A stretch of DNA of 63,028 bases, filler included, from Stramenopiles sp. TOSAG23-2 (lineage: Eukaryota), in assembly GCA_900128395.1 (NCBI GenBank). It is 10 parts of 10 records of this genome, joined end to end, with 100 filler letters (N's around TTAATTAATTAA, not from the genome) between each part and the next. Parts side by side here need not be neighbours in the genome. Positions count along the whole stretch, not along the records: positions 13,754 to 20,518 come from LT650409.1; positions 20,619 to 27,375 come from LT650410.1; 8 more parts are not named here. The stretch is one strand, 5' to 3'. Below, one piece after another: positions 13,654 through 25,003 of the stretch; the first letter of the stretch is position 1, and the number at the start of each line of letters is the position of its first letter. Both the position numbers and the translations under genes were made by a program. The notes under the pieces were generated by a model that ran no database searches, was not told where the DNA came from, and saw only the letters and a list, made by a program, of their open reading frames with translations.

Positions 13654-13753
13654 NNNNNNNNNNNNNNNNNNNNNNNNNNNNNNNNNNNNNNNNNNNNTTA
13701 ATTAATTAANNNNNNNNNNNNNNNNNNNNNNNNNNNNNNNNNNNNNNNNNNNN
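13654..13753. other. Artificial contig linker
   Basis: N44-TTAATTAATTAA-N44. Confidence 0.99.
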
Positions 13754-14367
13754 TTCATCATATGTAACATTATTTTCACCAAATTATTTAATTATATAGT
13801 TTTAAAAAACTGGATTATAATTTGTAACTCTTTGTTGAAAATATTATATATATATACACTCTTGAATAGAAATTCCACACACTACAGTATGTTTTTTTCT
13901 TTTAGAGCACGATGATTGCAATTAAAAATATTCTTTAGAGACTTTTTTAATAAAATCTCATATATGAAAAGAATCTTCCACATCATTTCAACTTGTTTCA
14001 TCTATACATCTATATTATTTATAAAATATAATTTTTTTAAGAAAGAAGGAATTTTTGGGCCAATTTATTTTTTTCTAATAATAAGTAGTGCTGTGTTCCT
14101 GTTATTTTAAATTTATGATCTTCCGTAGCAGCCCGCCCCCTTTTTTCTGTCTTCTCGTCTATCTATATTGAAGGAAATACTGATGTGATGAAAAGGTGCA
14201 AAATGCAAAGCAGCGAGGCTATTATATAAGGAGGCACTCGACGACTTAGTATTTTAAAGAGATGTGTAAATGTGTTTAATTATTATTTCGCGTATATAAT
14301 AAATATGTAAATTATTTATAATTTAAAAAAATCAAATTCAACCTCAGTAGCTTCACAGGGTAAAAAG

Positions 14368-15906
14368 TTAATAAACAAAAGTTGCTATTGAATGTGGTAA
14401 TAATGTAGTAGTTGCTACCCCATGTGATGGATCTTCCAATGTTACATCGAGTGGTCCATCAAATGGATTCATAGCTATTACAACCGTTTTACCATTCGGT
14501 GTTTTCATTGCAGTGGCAATTACTGCATTTTCATTACTAGCATGTAAACCAATTCTTACAGATCCTCCTGGAACATATTTTGAGACATGTCCCATATAAT
14601 AATAAAATATTTGTGGATATAATTTTCCATCTTGATATATTACCATAGAATCACTTCCACATTTTACTAACTTTTCACACAAGCCTCCAGTCGGATCTGC
14701 ATGTGACGGAGCACCAAATTTATCTAATAACAAATTCCAATCAATAAAACCAACAGACCAATTATTCAAATCACCAATAATTTCCATCCCATAATGTTCC
14801 CCTTTCTTCCACTCTGGTACATTATATGTGCCAGTCTTTTGCCTTGCACTGGTACTTTCCGTGGATAACAATTTGAATTTAGGAAATAACTCGTGTGTCT
14901 TTGCTAAATTCTCAAAATATGGACCAGTATACCAATGAAATGCAGTGCCCCATACATATTTTGCACTTTTTGGATCTCCTAAAATAGTTTGAGCCCATTC
15001 GACGATGTGATCTTTATTGTGATCATAAATTAATACATTGACATCTGGGTGGTTTGATTCCATTACCGGTCCAAGATGATTCATTAAAAATGCTTTTTCA
15101 GTATCTGGAGTAAAATGCATACCTTCATATACGATATTACCAGTTTGTGCTTCTGGTTCGTTTTGAATTGTTATTCCCCATATATTAATATTATTTTTTT
15201 TATAAGAATCAATATATTTTGAAAAATATTGAGCCCATGCTTGTTGAATTGTAGCGTCGTCCTTTAACACGCATGTCCACGGCCCTAAATCGCAATTCAT
15301 ATGGTTATTTTTCTTCATCCATGCTGGTGCACTCCATGGAGATGCAACAAACTTAATACTCGCATTTGCTGCTTTAATTGCACGTTGTATGAAAGGTATA
15401 ATATGCTCTTCATCATGTGAAATATTAAAATTTGTTAAATTAACATCTCCTTTTACATCATCATAATTATAATATTCCATAGAGAAATCACAACTACCAA
15501 TTGTTAAACGACCCATATTATATTTCAATCCAGTTTCTCCAAAATACATTTCAACTAATTGATCTTGTAAATTACTTGGCATCGAATCAAACACATGCGT
15601 AGAACTATCAGTAAATGCACCGCCGAATCCTTCAATTTCTTGATATGTAATACTTTGATTAATTTTCAACGTAGTTGCATTATTATTATTAGTTTTTGTT
15701 TGAGCACTTTCCTCAATTTCATTGTTGTCTTTTGATTTTTTATTAAAATGAAGCGGTTGTTGAGGTGTTAATCTAAATGTAGTATTTTCAGCAGTTAATA
15801 TATACGATATTTCATCGTCAGCAGCAGCAGCATTAATTGCTGCAACGTATATAAAAATGTATGAAACTAACAATAGGATCATCGCAGTTCGTTTTGTTAT
15901 TATCAT
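14368..15906 (-). CDS. GBA: Glycoside hydrolase family 30 glucosylceramidase (GBA-like), secreted or lysosomal
   Basis: Signal peptide, YQEIEGFGGAFTDS, IGSCDFS, ASPWSAPAWMK, QNEP (acid/base), AFHWY, STE (nucleophile), DWNLLLD and YYMGHVSKY. Confidence 0.92.
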   Translation of the reverse strand: MIITKRTAMILLLVSYIFIYVAAINAAAADDEISYILTAENTTFRLTPQQPLHFNKKSKDNNEIEESAQTKTNNNNATTLKINQSITYQEIEGFGGAFTDSSTHVFDSMPSNLQDQLVEMYFGETGLKYNMGRLTIGSCDFSMEYYNYDDVKGDVNLTNFNISHDEEHIIPFIQRAIKAANASIKFVASPWSAPAWMKKNNHMNCDLGPWTCVLKDDATIQQAWAQYFSKYIDSYKKNNINIWGITIQNEPEAQTGNIVYEGMHFTPDTEKAFLMNHLGPVMESNHPDVNVLIYDHNKDHIVEWAQTILGDPKSAKYVWGTAFHWYTGPYFENLAKTHELFPKFKLLSTESTSARQKTGTYNVPEWKKGEHYGMEIIGDLNNWSVGFIDWNLLLDKFGAPSHADPTGGLCEKLVKCGSDSMVIYQDGKLYPQIFYYYMGHVSKYVPGGSVRIGLHASNENAVIATAMKTPNGKTVVIAMNPFDGPLDVTLEDPSHGVATTTLLPHSIATFVY

Positions 15907-16604
15907 TTTTTAAATAATTTTAAATATTTTAATAAATTTGTAATTTTCAAATTGCAATTATAAAAAAAAAAAAAATATTGAAATATATATATATATAGTA
16001 AGTATATATCTAATAAAAGTAAACAATATATATGGGAAATAGCTATAATATTATATACAGCTAAAAATCATGCAAAACTATTAAACTTTTTATTTTCCCA
16101 TGTAAAAATTATAATTGATGTTGACATCTGTATGGCACTAACTTAACTATATATGTTTTGGAAGAATAATTGAATGGATACGTCAAAGTTATGGGGGGTT
16201 AGACGAGTTTTCAATATCATATAAGGTATAATGATAATGATTTGTGTTATTAATAATAACCTTATTAATAATAAGTCAATCACAAAAAGCTAATTTATTT
16301 CTTCTTCCGGACACATTTTTTAACGATTTTACACACCCATTATTTTATATATATTTATATGAACCACATGGGATATGGGATGTGAATGGATGCGATAGAT
16401 AAAATTGAAAATACGATATAATATTTAATTTGCACTGTATATATACCCTGATTACATCCATTTGTTTTTCAATTTTCGTTGTAGTTTTGGTTGTGTTTCA
16501 TATTGATATTATAATAATATAGATTTAAATATTAATATTAATAATATATTAGGATATTATTTAATATATTATATTTTAGATATTATTTTGTAAGGAAAAA
16601 AAAA

Positions 16605-17009
16605 ATGGAAGAAGAAAAAACAAATGATAATATACGTCATTTATTGTTAAAAGAAATTAATCATGTGTTATGTAATTCAGTGGAATTGGATCACGATATT
16701 ATGGAAATGGAAGCAAGAAGAGAAGCATTAAGGGTGGAAACATTGAAAATGAATGAATTATTGCAACAACCATCATCGTTGCATTATTTACATCCAAAAC
16801 ATCATGTAAAAAAGAAAGATAATAATAATAATACCAATAATAATACTGAACATGTAAATAATAACAAAATGAATAATAGACAAGAAGGAGGAAAGAAAAA
16901 TTCATCGCCTACAACAAAAACAACAACGACGACGACAACGACAACGACAAAAACAATGAATACAAATAATTATAATGATGGAACAAAAGGGACAAATCCA
17001 AGAGAGTAA
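16605..17009 (+). CDS. Small hypothetical protein, coiled-coil N-terminus with Asn/Thr low-complexity tail
   Basis: ATG in an A-rich context, host-like codon usage, 134 aa. No family recognised. Confidence 0.5.
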   Translation: MEEEKTNDNIRHLLLKEINHVLCNSVELDHDIMEMEARREALRVETLKMNELLQQPSSLHYLHPKHHVKKKDNNNNTNNNTEHVNNNKMNNRQEGGKKNSSPTTKTTTTTTTTTTKTMNTNNYNDGTKGTNPRE

Positions 17010-17177
17010 AGACGAAAAGAGTATATATATAGACATTAATTTTTATTTAAAATATATAAAAATAAAATGCAATTAAAAAAATCAAAAATATTATTTTAAA
17101 AAATATAAAAATATGAATATATGCATTATTTTTACACGTTCGTACATTTTACACAAAAACTTAATTTTTTTTACACT

Positions 17178-20117
17178 TTAACGACGATAATAACGATGAG
17201 CTGCTATACCCAGACCACAAACCAATAACAAGAAATATTGTATCCGATGTTTTCGACGTCTACAATTCAAACTATCTTCGAAATTTTTCTCCTCTTTTTC
17301 AACCTTTGTATTTGCACAATGTATATCTAACCATTTTTCAGTTTCATATAAGCAGTGCAATATGCTTTCTCTAGCTCGATATCCATGTCCTTCTTTCGGC
17401 AATAATACTAATTTCGAAATAACCCCTTTGCCACGAAGTGCACTAAACATTCTTTTGCTTTGATCAGGATATGTACCACTATTCTCATCTTCATCCCCGT
17501 GAATTAAAAGCAAAGGACTCATGTTGGAATTTACATTCATAAAAGGGCTCATTGCATTATAAATCGATGGCGCTTCCCATAATGTACGCTCTTCGCTTTG
17601 GAATCCAAAGGGGGTTAAAGTTCTATTATAAGCACCGCTTCTGGCAATTCCACATGCAAACAAGCCTTTAGCATGTGCTAGAAGATTAGCCGTCATAAAA
17701 GCTCCATAGGAATGCCCACCAACGCTAATACGATTTCTATCACCTACTTTCATAGTATCGCAAACATGATCTACAGCAGCACGAGCGCTTGAAACAAGTT
17801 GTGGGATGTAAGTATCATTTGCAGTAGTTGCATCGCTTTCATCCTGACTCAAGATCGGCATTGCTGGGCCTGATAGAACAGCATAGCCTAACGACAACCA
17901 TAACAATGGACTTGTTGGGTAAATTCGACTAAAACGATATGGGCTAGTTCGTAATTGGGAAGCAGCACTTTTTGATTTAAATTCACGTGGATATGCCCAG
18001 AGTAAAAGTGGCAATAATTTTCGTTTCGGATCTTCCATATTGTATCCTGGTGGCAAGAATAATGTGCCATTTAACTCAAGGCCATCATAATCACGAACAT
18101 ACTTAATTATTTTTTTTTCATACCCTTTAAGTGATGGATATGGATTTGTACGGAATGTTAAAGCATATTTATTGCTATTACAAAATCCAACATCAACAAC
18201 CCCAGCACTAATATTTTTCAAATCTATATCATATAAATATATATTTGCCGGGTTTTCAGTAGTTTCACTTGATACTATTGCACGTATTTTATTCGGATTT
18301 CGATGATATGCAGATTTCCCAGGATTAGATGGGATAAGTTTCAAAATACGTTGTAACTTTTTATTTTCATGATTTGACATCCAAATTCTTCTTGTATAAA
18401 ATGGCGATTGGATTTTCTTTTTTTGATATTTGTCTGGTTTGTTACAATTATTGCTATTGTTCTTCTTCCCGTTGTTTAAAGTACTTTCCTTTAAATATAA
18501 TATATCAAGATATGGAACATTTCCTATGGAACTACTGCCAGTTGAATTTGATAACATAAGCGCCATGCCATCTTTTCCAACTTGAATAGGTGTGACTGAA
18601 CCGTGTTTTGATGTTGTATACATTATCCTCCCGACAGCATTATACTTATCTTCATATGAACCTTTGATTAGTATACGTTTTGTTTTTAATTTTAAATTTC
18701 CAGTAAATGGATCTTCTTCAAAATAACACAGTGTTTTAACTTTTTGTTTTGTTCTCCACCAACTTTCAGTTAAAATACCAATTAATCCATTTTCAAAAAT
18801 ATCTAATCCACCCCATCTTAGCTCCGTTTTCACAAGTTCAAACTCATGTTGAAATAAATCTTTTTCACTCATGTATGTTATAACATCTCGAAATTTAATA
18901 TTTTTTTTACTTGCATCTCCACCATCTAATGCCTTTACTGAAATAAGCAATGCTGGATGTCCTTCACTCCAAAATGAAAAGCGCTTTCCAGTTCGGCAAC
19001 TATTATGAGCAATAGGAATTTTATCTGCAACTTCTAATTTTTCAACTTGTTTAACAAATGATAAGCTAGAGTTTACTTTATCATATTTAAAAATATTAAT
19101 TTCCTTTGCAAATCTATAGTATGGTACCATACGTGATGTTTCCGTATATCGATTAATTTTAAAAAATGTACTTGATGGGCTTACAGTACAAGCACAGTAT
19201 AAGCCAGCTTCGGAAACTACTTTTTTCTTATATTTCAATTTTCCTTTTACATACATGATGGAAACTAAAACAAAATGTGATGTCCCGATATAATTGAATA
19301 ATTCTTCATCATATTTTGTTTGAATTAAATCTTGATAAGTTCGAACTTTTTTCTTTGCAGTTGTATTATGTTCTTGGACTTCCGGTCCATCTGGTACCGT
19401 GGTAGGTTCTGGAAAGCTTGTTTTTGCATATGTTGCAACACTGCATAATAATTGACGATCATTGATCCAACGAAATGGACTGCAGAGACTAGCATTTAAT
19501 GGCAAACCATCTGCTGAAATATCTAAAGGCCCAACAACTTCTTTTTTACTTGGGTTTGCAAGGAATAACCGTAAACCTGGAATTGAACCATCTTTTGGTT
19601 GGGTATATAACCTGCAAAATGCTATTAAATCACCATTCTTGTTCCATGATTTATATCCAAGCATCACTCTAACATCGGTATCTGTAGAAATGGTATTGCC
19701 TGAAGCATTATTATTGGCATTGTCATTATTATTAGGTGGTTGAACGGGAGAAGCTATTTGCATACGAAAAGCATGTGGTTGTTGTTCACTTACGTCGCTT
19801 TTTGCCTCCCAAGAATCCGATACATCGTTATTATTTACTTTTAAATTTTCATCTAATGGAGGCAATTCTTTAAAGGAAACGCCTGTATAAAATGAAAATC
19901 GTGCTAAACTTCCTGTAAAATATTTAGATAAGCGTTTGCCAGCAACTTTAATTTCCTTTTGTGACACTTCTTCAATGGATTTTAATGGTGGGTTGTCCCA
20001 AAACGAAAGGAACTTGCCATTAGGAGAAATTCCTAACGATGCATCTTTTGGTGTATCAACAATATCTACTACACATGAAGAGGGCAAACAATATTTTCCT
20101 TGGATATTTGTATCCAT
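17178..20117 (-). CDS. Peptidase S9 (S9D, glutamyl endopeptidase CGEP-like) with a C-terminal hydrophobic tail
   Basis: RTYQDLI, LWAYPREFKS, GGHSYGAFMTANLLAH, ARSGAYNRTLTPFGFQSEERTLWEA, HGDEDENSGT and EGHGY. Confidence 0.92.
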   Translation of the reverse strand: MDTNIQGKYCLPSSCVVDIVDTPKDASLGISPNGKFLSFWDNPPLKSIEEVSQKEIKVAGKRLSKYFTGSLARFSFYTGVSFKELPPLDENLKVNNNDVSDSWEAKSDVSEQQPHAFRMQIASPVQPPNNNDNANNNASGNTISTDTDVRVMLGYKSWNKNGDLIAFCRLYTQPKDGSIPGLRLFLANPSKKEVVGPLDISADGLPLNASLCSPFRWINDRQLLCSVATYAKTSFPEPTTVPDGPEVQEHNTTAKKKVRTYQDLIQTKYDEELFNYIGTSHFVLVSIMYVKGKLKYKKKVVSEAGLYCACTVSPSSTFFKINRYTETSRMVPYYRFAKEINIFKYDKVNSSLSFVKQVEKLEVADKIPIAHNSCRTGKRFSFWSEGHPALLISVKALDGGDASKKNIKFRDVITYMSEKDLFQHEFELVKTELRWGGLDIFENGLIGILTESWWRTKQKVKTLCYFEEDPFTGNLKLKTKRILIKGSYEDKYNAVGRIMYTTSKHGSVTPIQVGKDGMALMLSNSTGSSSIGNVPYLDILYLKESTLNNGKKNNSNNCNKPDKYQKKKIQSPFYTRRIWMSNHENKKLQRILKLIPSNPGKSAYHRNPNKIRAIVSSETTENPANIYLYDIDLKNISAGVVDVGFCNSNKYALTFRTNPYPSLKGYEKKIIKYVRDYDGLELNGTLFLPPGYNMEDPKRKLLPLLLWAYPREFKSKSAASQLRTSPYRFSRIYPTSPLLWLSLGYAVLSGPAMPILSQDESDATTANDTYIPQLVSSARAAVDHVCDTMKVGDRNRISVGGHSYGAFMTANLLAHAKGLFACGIARSGAYNRTLTPFGFQSEERTLWEAPSIYNAMSPFMNVNSNMSPLLLIHGDEDENSGTYPDQSKRMFSALRGKGVISKLVLLPKEGHGYRARESILHCLYETEKWLDIHCANTKVEKEEKNFEDSLNCRRRKHRIQYFLLLVCGLGIAAHRYYRR

Positions 20118-20518
20118 ATTTTTTAAATACTATTGTATATATATATATATGAATGACACTAGATATTAGTTGTTTGTATAAAATGAATTAAATTATACAT
20201 ACATACATGAATATATATGAATATATATTTATGTATTTTTTTTAAAGCTTTTTTTGGACGGAAGAATCGAAAAGCACAAAAAACTAAAACAACTTTTTTT
20301 TTTTCCATTTTTTCCATTTTTGTTTTTTAGAGTTGTCTCCATTAAAGGTGGCAAATGAAGTAATTTAAATTTAAAAAAAAAACATTTTTATTATTTTTTT
20401 TCCAGCCGTGTTAGCCTTTTAGTATTTATTAAGCATTACTATCCTCTAGGCGTGATTCGTAATCCACATAATTATGTGGTTTTATAGCATAGACACATCA
20501 CTAAAAAAGAAAAGAAAT

Positions 20519-20618
20519 NNNNNNNNNNNNNNNNNNNNNNNNNNNNNNNNNNNNNNNNNNNNTTAATTAATTAANNNNNNNNNNNNNNNNNNNNNNNNNN
20601 NNNNNNNNNNNNNNNNNN
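20519..20618. other. Artificial contig linker
   Basis: N44-TTAATTAATTAA-N44. Confidence 0.99.
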
Positions 20619-21000
20619 ATTTTACAGGATTGACATCAAAATGACGCCTTGTTTTGTACAAAGAATCTCGCCTTTTTTTTCGTCTTCCAGTTGAACTATT
20701 ATTCGAAGAATCTGAAGGCCGTACAGGCTGTTGATATTTTTCGTTATTACTACTGTTATTATCATTTGTTCTTAATAAGACATTATATCCACGTGCTTTA
20801 TAAAAATTGGACATTCTATGAGAATGTTTTACATTGGATTTGTTACGTTGACTTGAAATTGTTGGCTTTGATGGTATCCGTAGATCACTTTGTTTCATTG
20901 GTATTACATTGTTATTATTATGGTTATTATCGCCAACTGCTCTTGGCAATATGATACCACTTTTCACGTTCTTTTTATTTACAACATTATTATTATCATT
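20619..21000 (-). CDS. Internal fragment of an Asn-rich hypothetical protein with no start or stop visible
   Basis: Coding-like reading frame that runs off the contig end. No ATG or acceptor before it meets the + strand fragment at about 21001. Confidence 0.5.
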
Positions 21001-21002
21001 AT

Positions 21003-21203
21003 ATAGAGGAAGAAAAAAAACAAAAAGAAGAAAAAGATAGCGGTAATAGTAGTAGCAGTGATAGTGATGATGATGATAAAGGTCCTAAAGAAATTTTAAG
21101 TAAAGAAGATATTGAAGATGAAGAAATTATGATACCGTTTGATTTGCAAAAAGATTTAGCTGCGATTCATTTTGTTGCTGGCTTTAATAGATTTGGAAAG
21201 TGA
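21003..21203 (+). CDS. C-terminal fragment of an acidic protein (IEEEKKQ...DLAAIHFVAGFNRFGK*)
   Basis: 67-codon open frame ending in TGA at 21201-21203. Not in the ORF track because it has no start codon. Confidence 0.5.
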   Translation: MEEEKKQKEEKDSGNSSSSDSDDDDKGPKEILSKEDIEDEEIMIPFDLQKDLAAIHFVAGFNRFGK

Positions 21204-21777
21204 GAGATTCAACTCTTTGTGTATTCTTAGAAAAGAATAATGCATAGTGTGTTAAAACGTGTAAATCCGATTATATGTACTCGTGTATTATATTTTAAAT
21301 GCATACGTACAACGAGTGAGCACGAAAGGTATAATATACCCATGCTTGTAGAGTAGTAGAGAGTGCAGACGTGCATTAGAGAGCTTTGCTAATATGCATT
21401 ACGAAGTATCAATATAGATATATCTTATATGCATTATATACGTTCGTACGAACGTATATACATATTATAATTTTAATTTGCCTCGTTGTCTTCATCACTG
21501 CTTTCTTCCTCCGAACTTTCCTCTTCTGAACTTTCTTCTTGAACTACTCGTAGATTTAGATTCGTTAGATGATGAATTAAATTCAATCCACGTGGCTCTA
21601 AACGTTTGCAGAATTTTAAAATTTTAGTACGAGCATGTGCTTTTTTTACCCCAGGACTTTTTTTCTTCTCATACGGCGGGCATCGAAGCATTATTTATTT
21701 AATGTAAGCAATGCAATTATAACATCGCTTGCATTGTCAGAACTTGAGAAATTTTGTATTGCTGTATCCATGTCTTT

Positions 21778-22509
21778 CTACTTCTTAATCGTCTTCATTT
21801 TCTCGGATGCATCTGAGGCGTCGCTGCTACTGCTGCTGAACATGTTGTCCAATTTTTCCGAGTAGAACCATGTGAGGCGAATGACTTCCGCTTTCGTTGT
21901 ACTATCCTTTTCCACGGCGTCCTTGAATTTTTTTTGGACTTTGAAGAACCATTTTTTCTTTTCGTGTTTGCCCGTGTCGACAATTCGGAGCGTCGCCATT
22001 TTCGTCGGTTCGTGATTCGCGATGTACCACAGAGGAACCGTGTCTAGATTGGTGAAAAAGGGATCGTAGATGCCACGGCTCTCGTGGTCACCCGGGAGCT
22101 CAATAAAGGCATCGTCGTACCGAACGGGCAAATCGTACCGTTCGCGGAACAGCAACCATTTGTAACGTGGCGCAACGACCATGTCTCCTAGTGGAATTAA
22201 CGTGGGTTTTCGGTTCCAGGCCCGAATAAATTTGGCACGTTTCTTAGGATCCGAGGGCACGTGGACACGCAAGCCCCGCCCAATTTCGATACCCGAGCGC
22301 GTTTCCGGGAAAATCTCAACATGCCACGTCAACTTGTCGTTCAATTGCACGACGTCTCCGTACTGCCAATTCTTGCGCAGCGGTCCCGTGTCCATGCGCT
22401 CCACTTGCACATGTTCACCGTCGTCTGTGAAAACTCCCATCTTCATCTCTCCGAGTGGAGTGAGGTACTGACCAAGCGTGTACAGAGGATTGCCTCCTTT
22501 TCCGCACAA
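21778..22509 (-). CDS. GC-rich ORFan of about 243 aa, possibly foreign or degenerate
   Basis: Long open frame with many G/C-ending codons, unlike host genes. TTG start, with the first in-frame ATG about 21 codons in. No family recognised. Confidence 0.5.
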   Translation of the reverse strand: MCGKGGNPLYTLGQYLTPLGEMKMGVFTDDGEHVQVERMDTGPLRKNWQYGDVVQLNDKLTWHVEIFPETRSGIEIGRGLRVHVPSDPKKRAKFIRAWNRKPTLIPLGDMVVAPRYKWLLFRERYDLPVRYDDAFIELPGDHESRGIYDPFFTNLDTVPLWYIANHEPTKMATLRIVDTGKHEKKKWFFKVQKKFKDAVEKDSTTKAEVIRLTWFYSEKLDNMFSSSSSDASDASEKMKTIKK

Positions 22510-22772
22510 TCATCCGTCTTATTTAAAACACCTACAATAAGTGCAGCATTTTGTCTAGGCTCAGCAGTGATCTGAGACTACACTATTTGGTTACTGTTTA
22601 TTCCAGCTACTATATTAAGGATTAAGGTAGTTCACAAGAAGATCACATTTATAATACTACGCTAGATATATAGAAATCGACATATATATATTTACCCTAC
22701 CTGCAATAAAAATATTTCACTGCGATGATGTAATGTACATATGGAATATATTATTTAGAACAAATTAAAAAC

Positions 22773-23985
22773 ATGACAGCCATTGGAAAAAAGCGATCAT
22801 TACGAACGGCTAGTTTACGAAAAAAAAAAGCAACAACAACAACAAATAATAACAAAAAAATGGCAATGGTTGAGATTCTTTCGAAATATAATGAAGATGT
22901 GAAAAAAATATCACAAAATATAATAAAGAAAAAGAAAATTAATTTTGGATTTCGGTTCAATACATTCCATGCAAAAATATCTTTTTACATTGTACCAGTT
23001 TTATTAACACTTGCTGGGTTAATTTTTATAAAAAATCATGAAAGCCAATATATCTTTTATGAAACTTTAGCAATTTTAAGTTGTGTGTTATGTACAAGCG
23101 TATTATTATTATGTGGAATTTGGGAAATACTTTCATATTATTTGGCCTCGCCTGTTCCTGGGCATCGCTTGCAATTTAAAAAAAAAGATCCACCTATGTA
23201 TGTTAAAGAATCTATTGAAACGGTGGTATGCATTTATATTGTTGCATGTTTTATGACATGGCCAATAACACAAATACGCCTTGGTCAAACAACAGCATTC
23301 AAAGATACTCTAAAAGAATGCGTCCCAACATTGTTTGAAAGTTTTCCAATAATTGCATATCTTGTCAAAGTATTTTTAACTCTTTTGATAGCAGATACGC
23401 ATACGTTTTGGAAACATTACTTTTTACATAACCCAACATTTTATGTATTTCATAAGAGTCATCATAAGTTTCATAACCCTTCAACATTCGCATGTTTTGC
23501 GATACATCCTGTTGAAGCCGTATGGACGTTCTGGCCAATATTGTTGATATGTGTCCCTGAATTATTTTTTAAAGGTTTTATGGGACTTTATTTACCAGTT
23601 CATTTACCATTTCTTGGATTCTTCAGTTTGTTGAATCTATATTTACATTGTGGTTATAGTGTTCCATTTTTGGAATGGTTATTACCAAAGCTATGGATCA
23701 ATACGAGTAAGTAAAAATGTTTTTATGCGTGACAACAGAAATATCCAACTAACATCATCCTTTCATTTTAATTTCTTTTTAATTTGTACGTATATAAATG
23801 ATTATTTGTATCATATAGGTGAATGGCATAATAAACATCATGAATTAAGCATAACACATTTCGGTGAAATGTTAACAGTTTGGGATTATATTTGCGGAAC
23901 ACATACCGGTAATTGGAGCAAAGCTAAATATGAATCACAAATTAAAAAAGTTATCAAAGGTAAAGGTGGTATGGATGATAAATGA
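22773..23985 (+). CDS. Sterol desaturase / fatty acid hydroxylase superfamily protein, exons 22773-23706 and 23819-23985
   Basis: His boxes HYFLH, HKSHHKFH, YLHCG and HNKHH, plus WDYICGT. Intron 23707-23818 (GTAAGT...aactaac...tAG) restores the frame WINTSEWHNKHH. Confidence 0.88.
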
Positions 23986-24316
23986 AATATATATGATACG
24001 TATATATATATATATATCTACGTGAGAAAATGATACCGCGGATGAAAGAGAGAATTTTTTTTTCTAATATGACATAAATATATTTTTTAATCAATCATCT
24101 TTTAGTTTGTTTATTGTATAATACATCTTATACCACAACATGAGTATATAGTACTTGTATCATACTAAAACTACATATATATATATCATAGTATTCGTAA
24201 TATACTAATAATATTTATTTAATATTAATAATTACAATTCAAATCTCAAATAATAAAATACACACTCACATAGTACAATACAAAAAACGCAAATAAAACA
24301 GACGGAAAAAGGCAGT

Positions 24317-25003
24317 ATGTCGTCATTAAATGCAAGGACACGTCATGCGGAACCAGTATATTTAAATATATACGATTTATCGCCTATGAATGATTATATA
24401 TATGATATCGGTTTTGGTTTTTATCATTCTGGAGTTCAAGTGCATGGTGACGAATGGACTTTTAGTACAAGTGGTGTTTTTTATCATCGTCCACAACAAG
24501 CACCAAATGTGAAATTTCGTACCCAAGTATTGTTAGGCACTGTAAACTACACCTCATCCAAGGTAAAAGATATTATTAATTCATTGCGGGATGATTTTCA
24601 AGGTGAAAGATATCATCTTTTAAATAATAACTGTAACTGTTTCAGTGAAAGGATATCTATGGAATTATTAGGCAAACCAATTCCTGGATATGTAAATAGA
24701 TTAGCAAATATTGGTAGTTCTGTATCATGTTTGATACCAAAAAGTTTATTAGGTGATTCTCCGGTGAATGAATCTTCTTCTAGTAGCAGTGGTGGCGGAT
24801 ATAGAAGAATCAATAACCGAAATAGTGGCATTAGCATGGCATCTTTAGGAGCAGGAATGACATTAGGTGGTGGCAGTAATAACAATAACAACAATAAAAA
24901 CAGTTCAAATAATAATGCAGCAGATTTACGAGCAAAAAGATTAGCTCGATTTCAAAATAATAATAATCATAGTATTGATAACACGTCGATGAATAGTGAG
25001 TGA
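24317..25003 (+). CDS. DESI2: PPPDE/DeSI family deSUMOylase/deubiquitinase (peptidase C97, DESI2-like)
   Basis: VYLNIYDL, FYHSGVQVHG (catalytic His), YHLLNNNCNCFS (catalytic Cys) and IPGYVNRLA. Confidence 0.9.
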   Translation: MSSLNARTRHAEPVYLNIYDLSPMNDYIYDIGFGFYHSGVQVHGDEWTFSTSGVFYHRPQQAPNVKFRTQVLLGTVNYTSSKVKDIINSLRDDFQGERYHLLNNNCNCFSERISMELLGKPIPGYVNRLANIGSSVSCLIPKSLLGDSPVNESSSSSSGGGYRRINNRNSGISMASLGAGMTLGGGSNNNNNNKNSSNNNAADLRAKRLARFQNNNNHSIDNTSMNSE

